Source: Bacteroidota bacterium (GTDB lineage: Bacteria; Bacteroidota; Bacteroidia; Chitinophagales; CAIODY01). From it: a DNA stretch of 47,823 bases. The DNA is taken from contig JBDKJJ010000103.1 of NCBI GenBank assembly GCA_039796635.1, forward strand, positions 1-47,823, in the 5' to 3' direction. Under the pieces are notes generated by a model that saw only the letters and a list, made by a program, of their open reading frames with translations, had not been told where the DNA came from and ran no database searches. The position numbers and the translations under genes were made by a program. Below are positions 47,540 through 47,823 of this stretch, piece by piece. Position 1 is the first letter of the stretch. Each line of letters opens with the position of its first letter.

Positions 47540-47823
47540 AACCAGCTATTTTAAGACGTGAACGAAAAAAAGGAGAAGGTGAATTTTTTGAAAAAGTGTA
47601 TGAAGTTGTTCGTAAAATTCCGAAAGGAAAAGTAACATCATACGGTGCAATTGCTGAAGTTTTAGGCACACGATTATCAGCCCGAACGGTTGGATATGCA
47701 ATGAATGTAGCTCACACAGCCATTCCGCCTGTACCTGCGCATAGAGTGGTGAACAGAAACGGACTTTTAACTGGCAAACATCATTTTTCACCGCCAACTA
47801 TTATGCAAGAATTGTTAGAAATG
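47536..47823 (+). CDS. MGMT-fold DNA-binding domain protein lacking the acceptor cysteine (alkyltransferase-like, ATL); 3' end outside window
   Basis: Hand-translated; absent from the track because it runs off the window. MKPAIL...FFEKVYEVVRKIPKGKVTSYGAIAE.....ARTVGYAM......IPPVPAHRVVNRNG. It has PAHRV in place of PCHRV. Its ATG overlaps the trmB stop (ATGA). Confidence 0.75.
   Translation, partial: MKPAILRRERKKGEGEFFEKVYEVVRKIPKGKVTSYGAIAEVLGTRLSARTVGYAMNVAHTAIPPVPAHRVVNRNGLLTGKHHFSPPTIMQELLEM

Overview
AT-rich chromosomal segment that looks like Bacteroidota (Flavobacteriia/Sphingobacteriia-like). This is inferred from T9SS/gliding C-terminal sorting domains, a PorV/PorQ-like protein, TAnnTTTG-type -7 promoter boxes, absent Shine-Dalgarno sequences and a flavobacterial-style carotenoid cluster. 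About 50 densely packed genes, mostly housekeeping: prs, fsa/tal, pheT, guaB, metG, panD, trmB, msrA, PBP1A, dNK, ComEC and two ABC genes. There are two structured RNA genes, a small SRP RNA and an initiator-type tRNA-Met(CAT). A zeaxanthin-type carotenoid cluster (crtI-crtB-idi-crtZ-lycopene cyclase) sits next to an ECF sigma factor and a MerR/B12 CarH-like photoreceptor. No CRISPR array, integrase, transposase or recognisable defence island is visible. The most unusual locus is at 34.18-35.16 kb. There, an intact tRNA-fMet is followed by a hairpin, an 85-aa stand-alone GIY-YIG nuclease ORF and a second copy of the tRNA 3' portion (12-nt and 26-nt identical blocks). Next come a strong terminator and three in-phase 147-bp tandem repeats with an invariant hairpin core. 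Other points worth a second look: a four-helix-bundle (23S-IVS-type) gene with one in-frame TAA beside the SRP RNA; five copies of one decamer around prs/fsa and that gene; a conserved three-half-site operator upstream of two transcription units around a small winged-helix regulator; two sub-threshold lipoprotein ORFs upstream of an orphan FeoA; and an alkyltransferase-like (PAHRV, Cys->Ala) gene overlapping trmB. All calls come from reading the sequence and translations; no database search was run.
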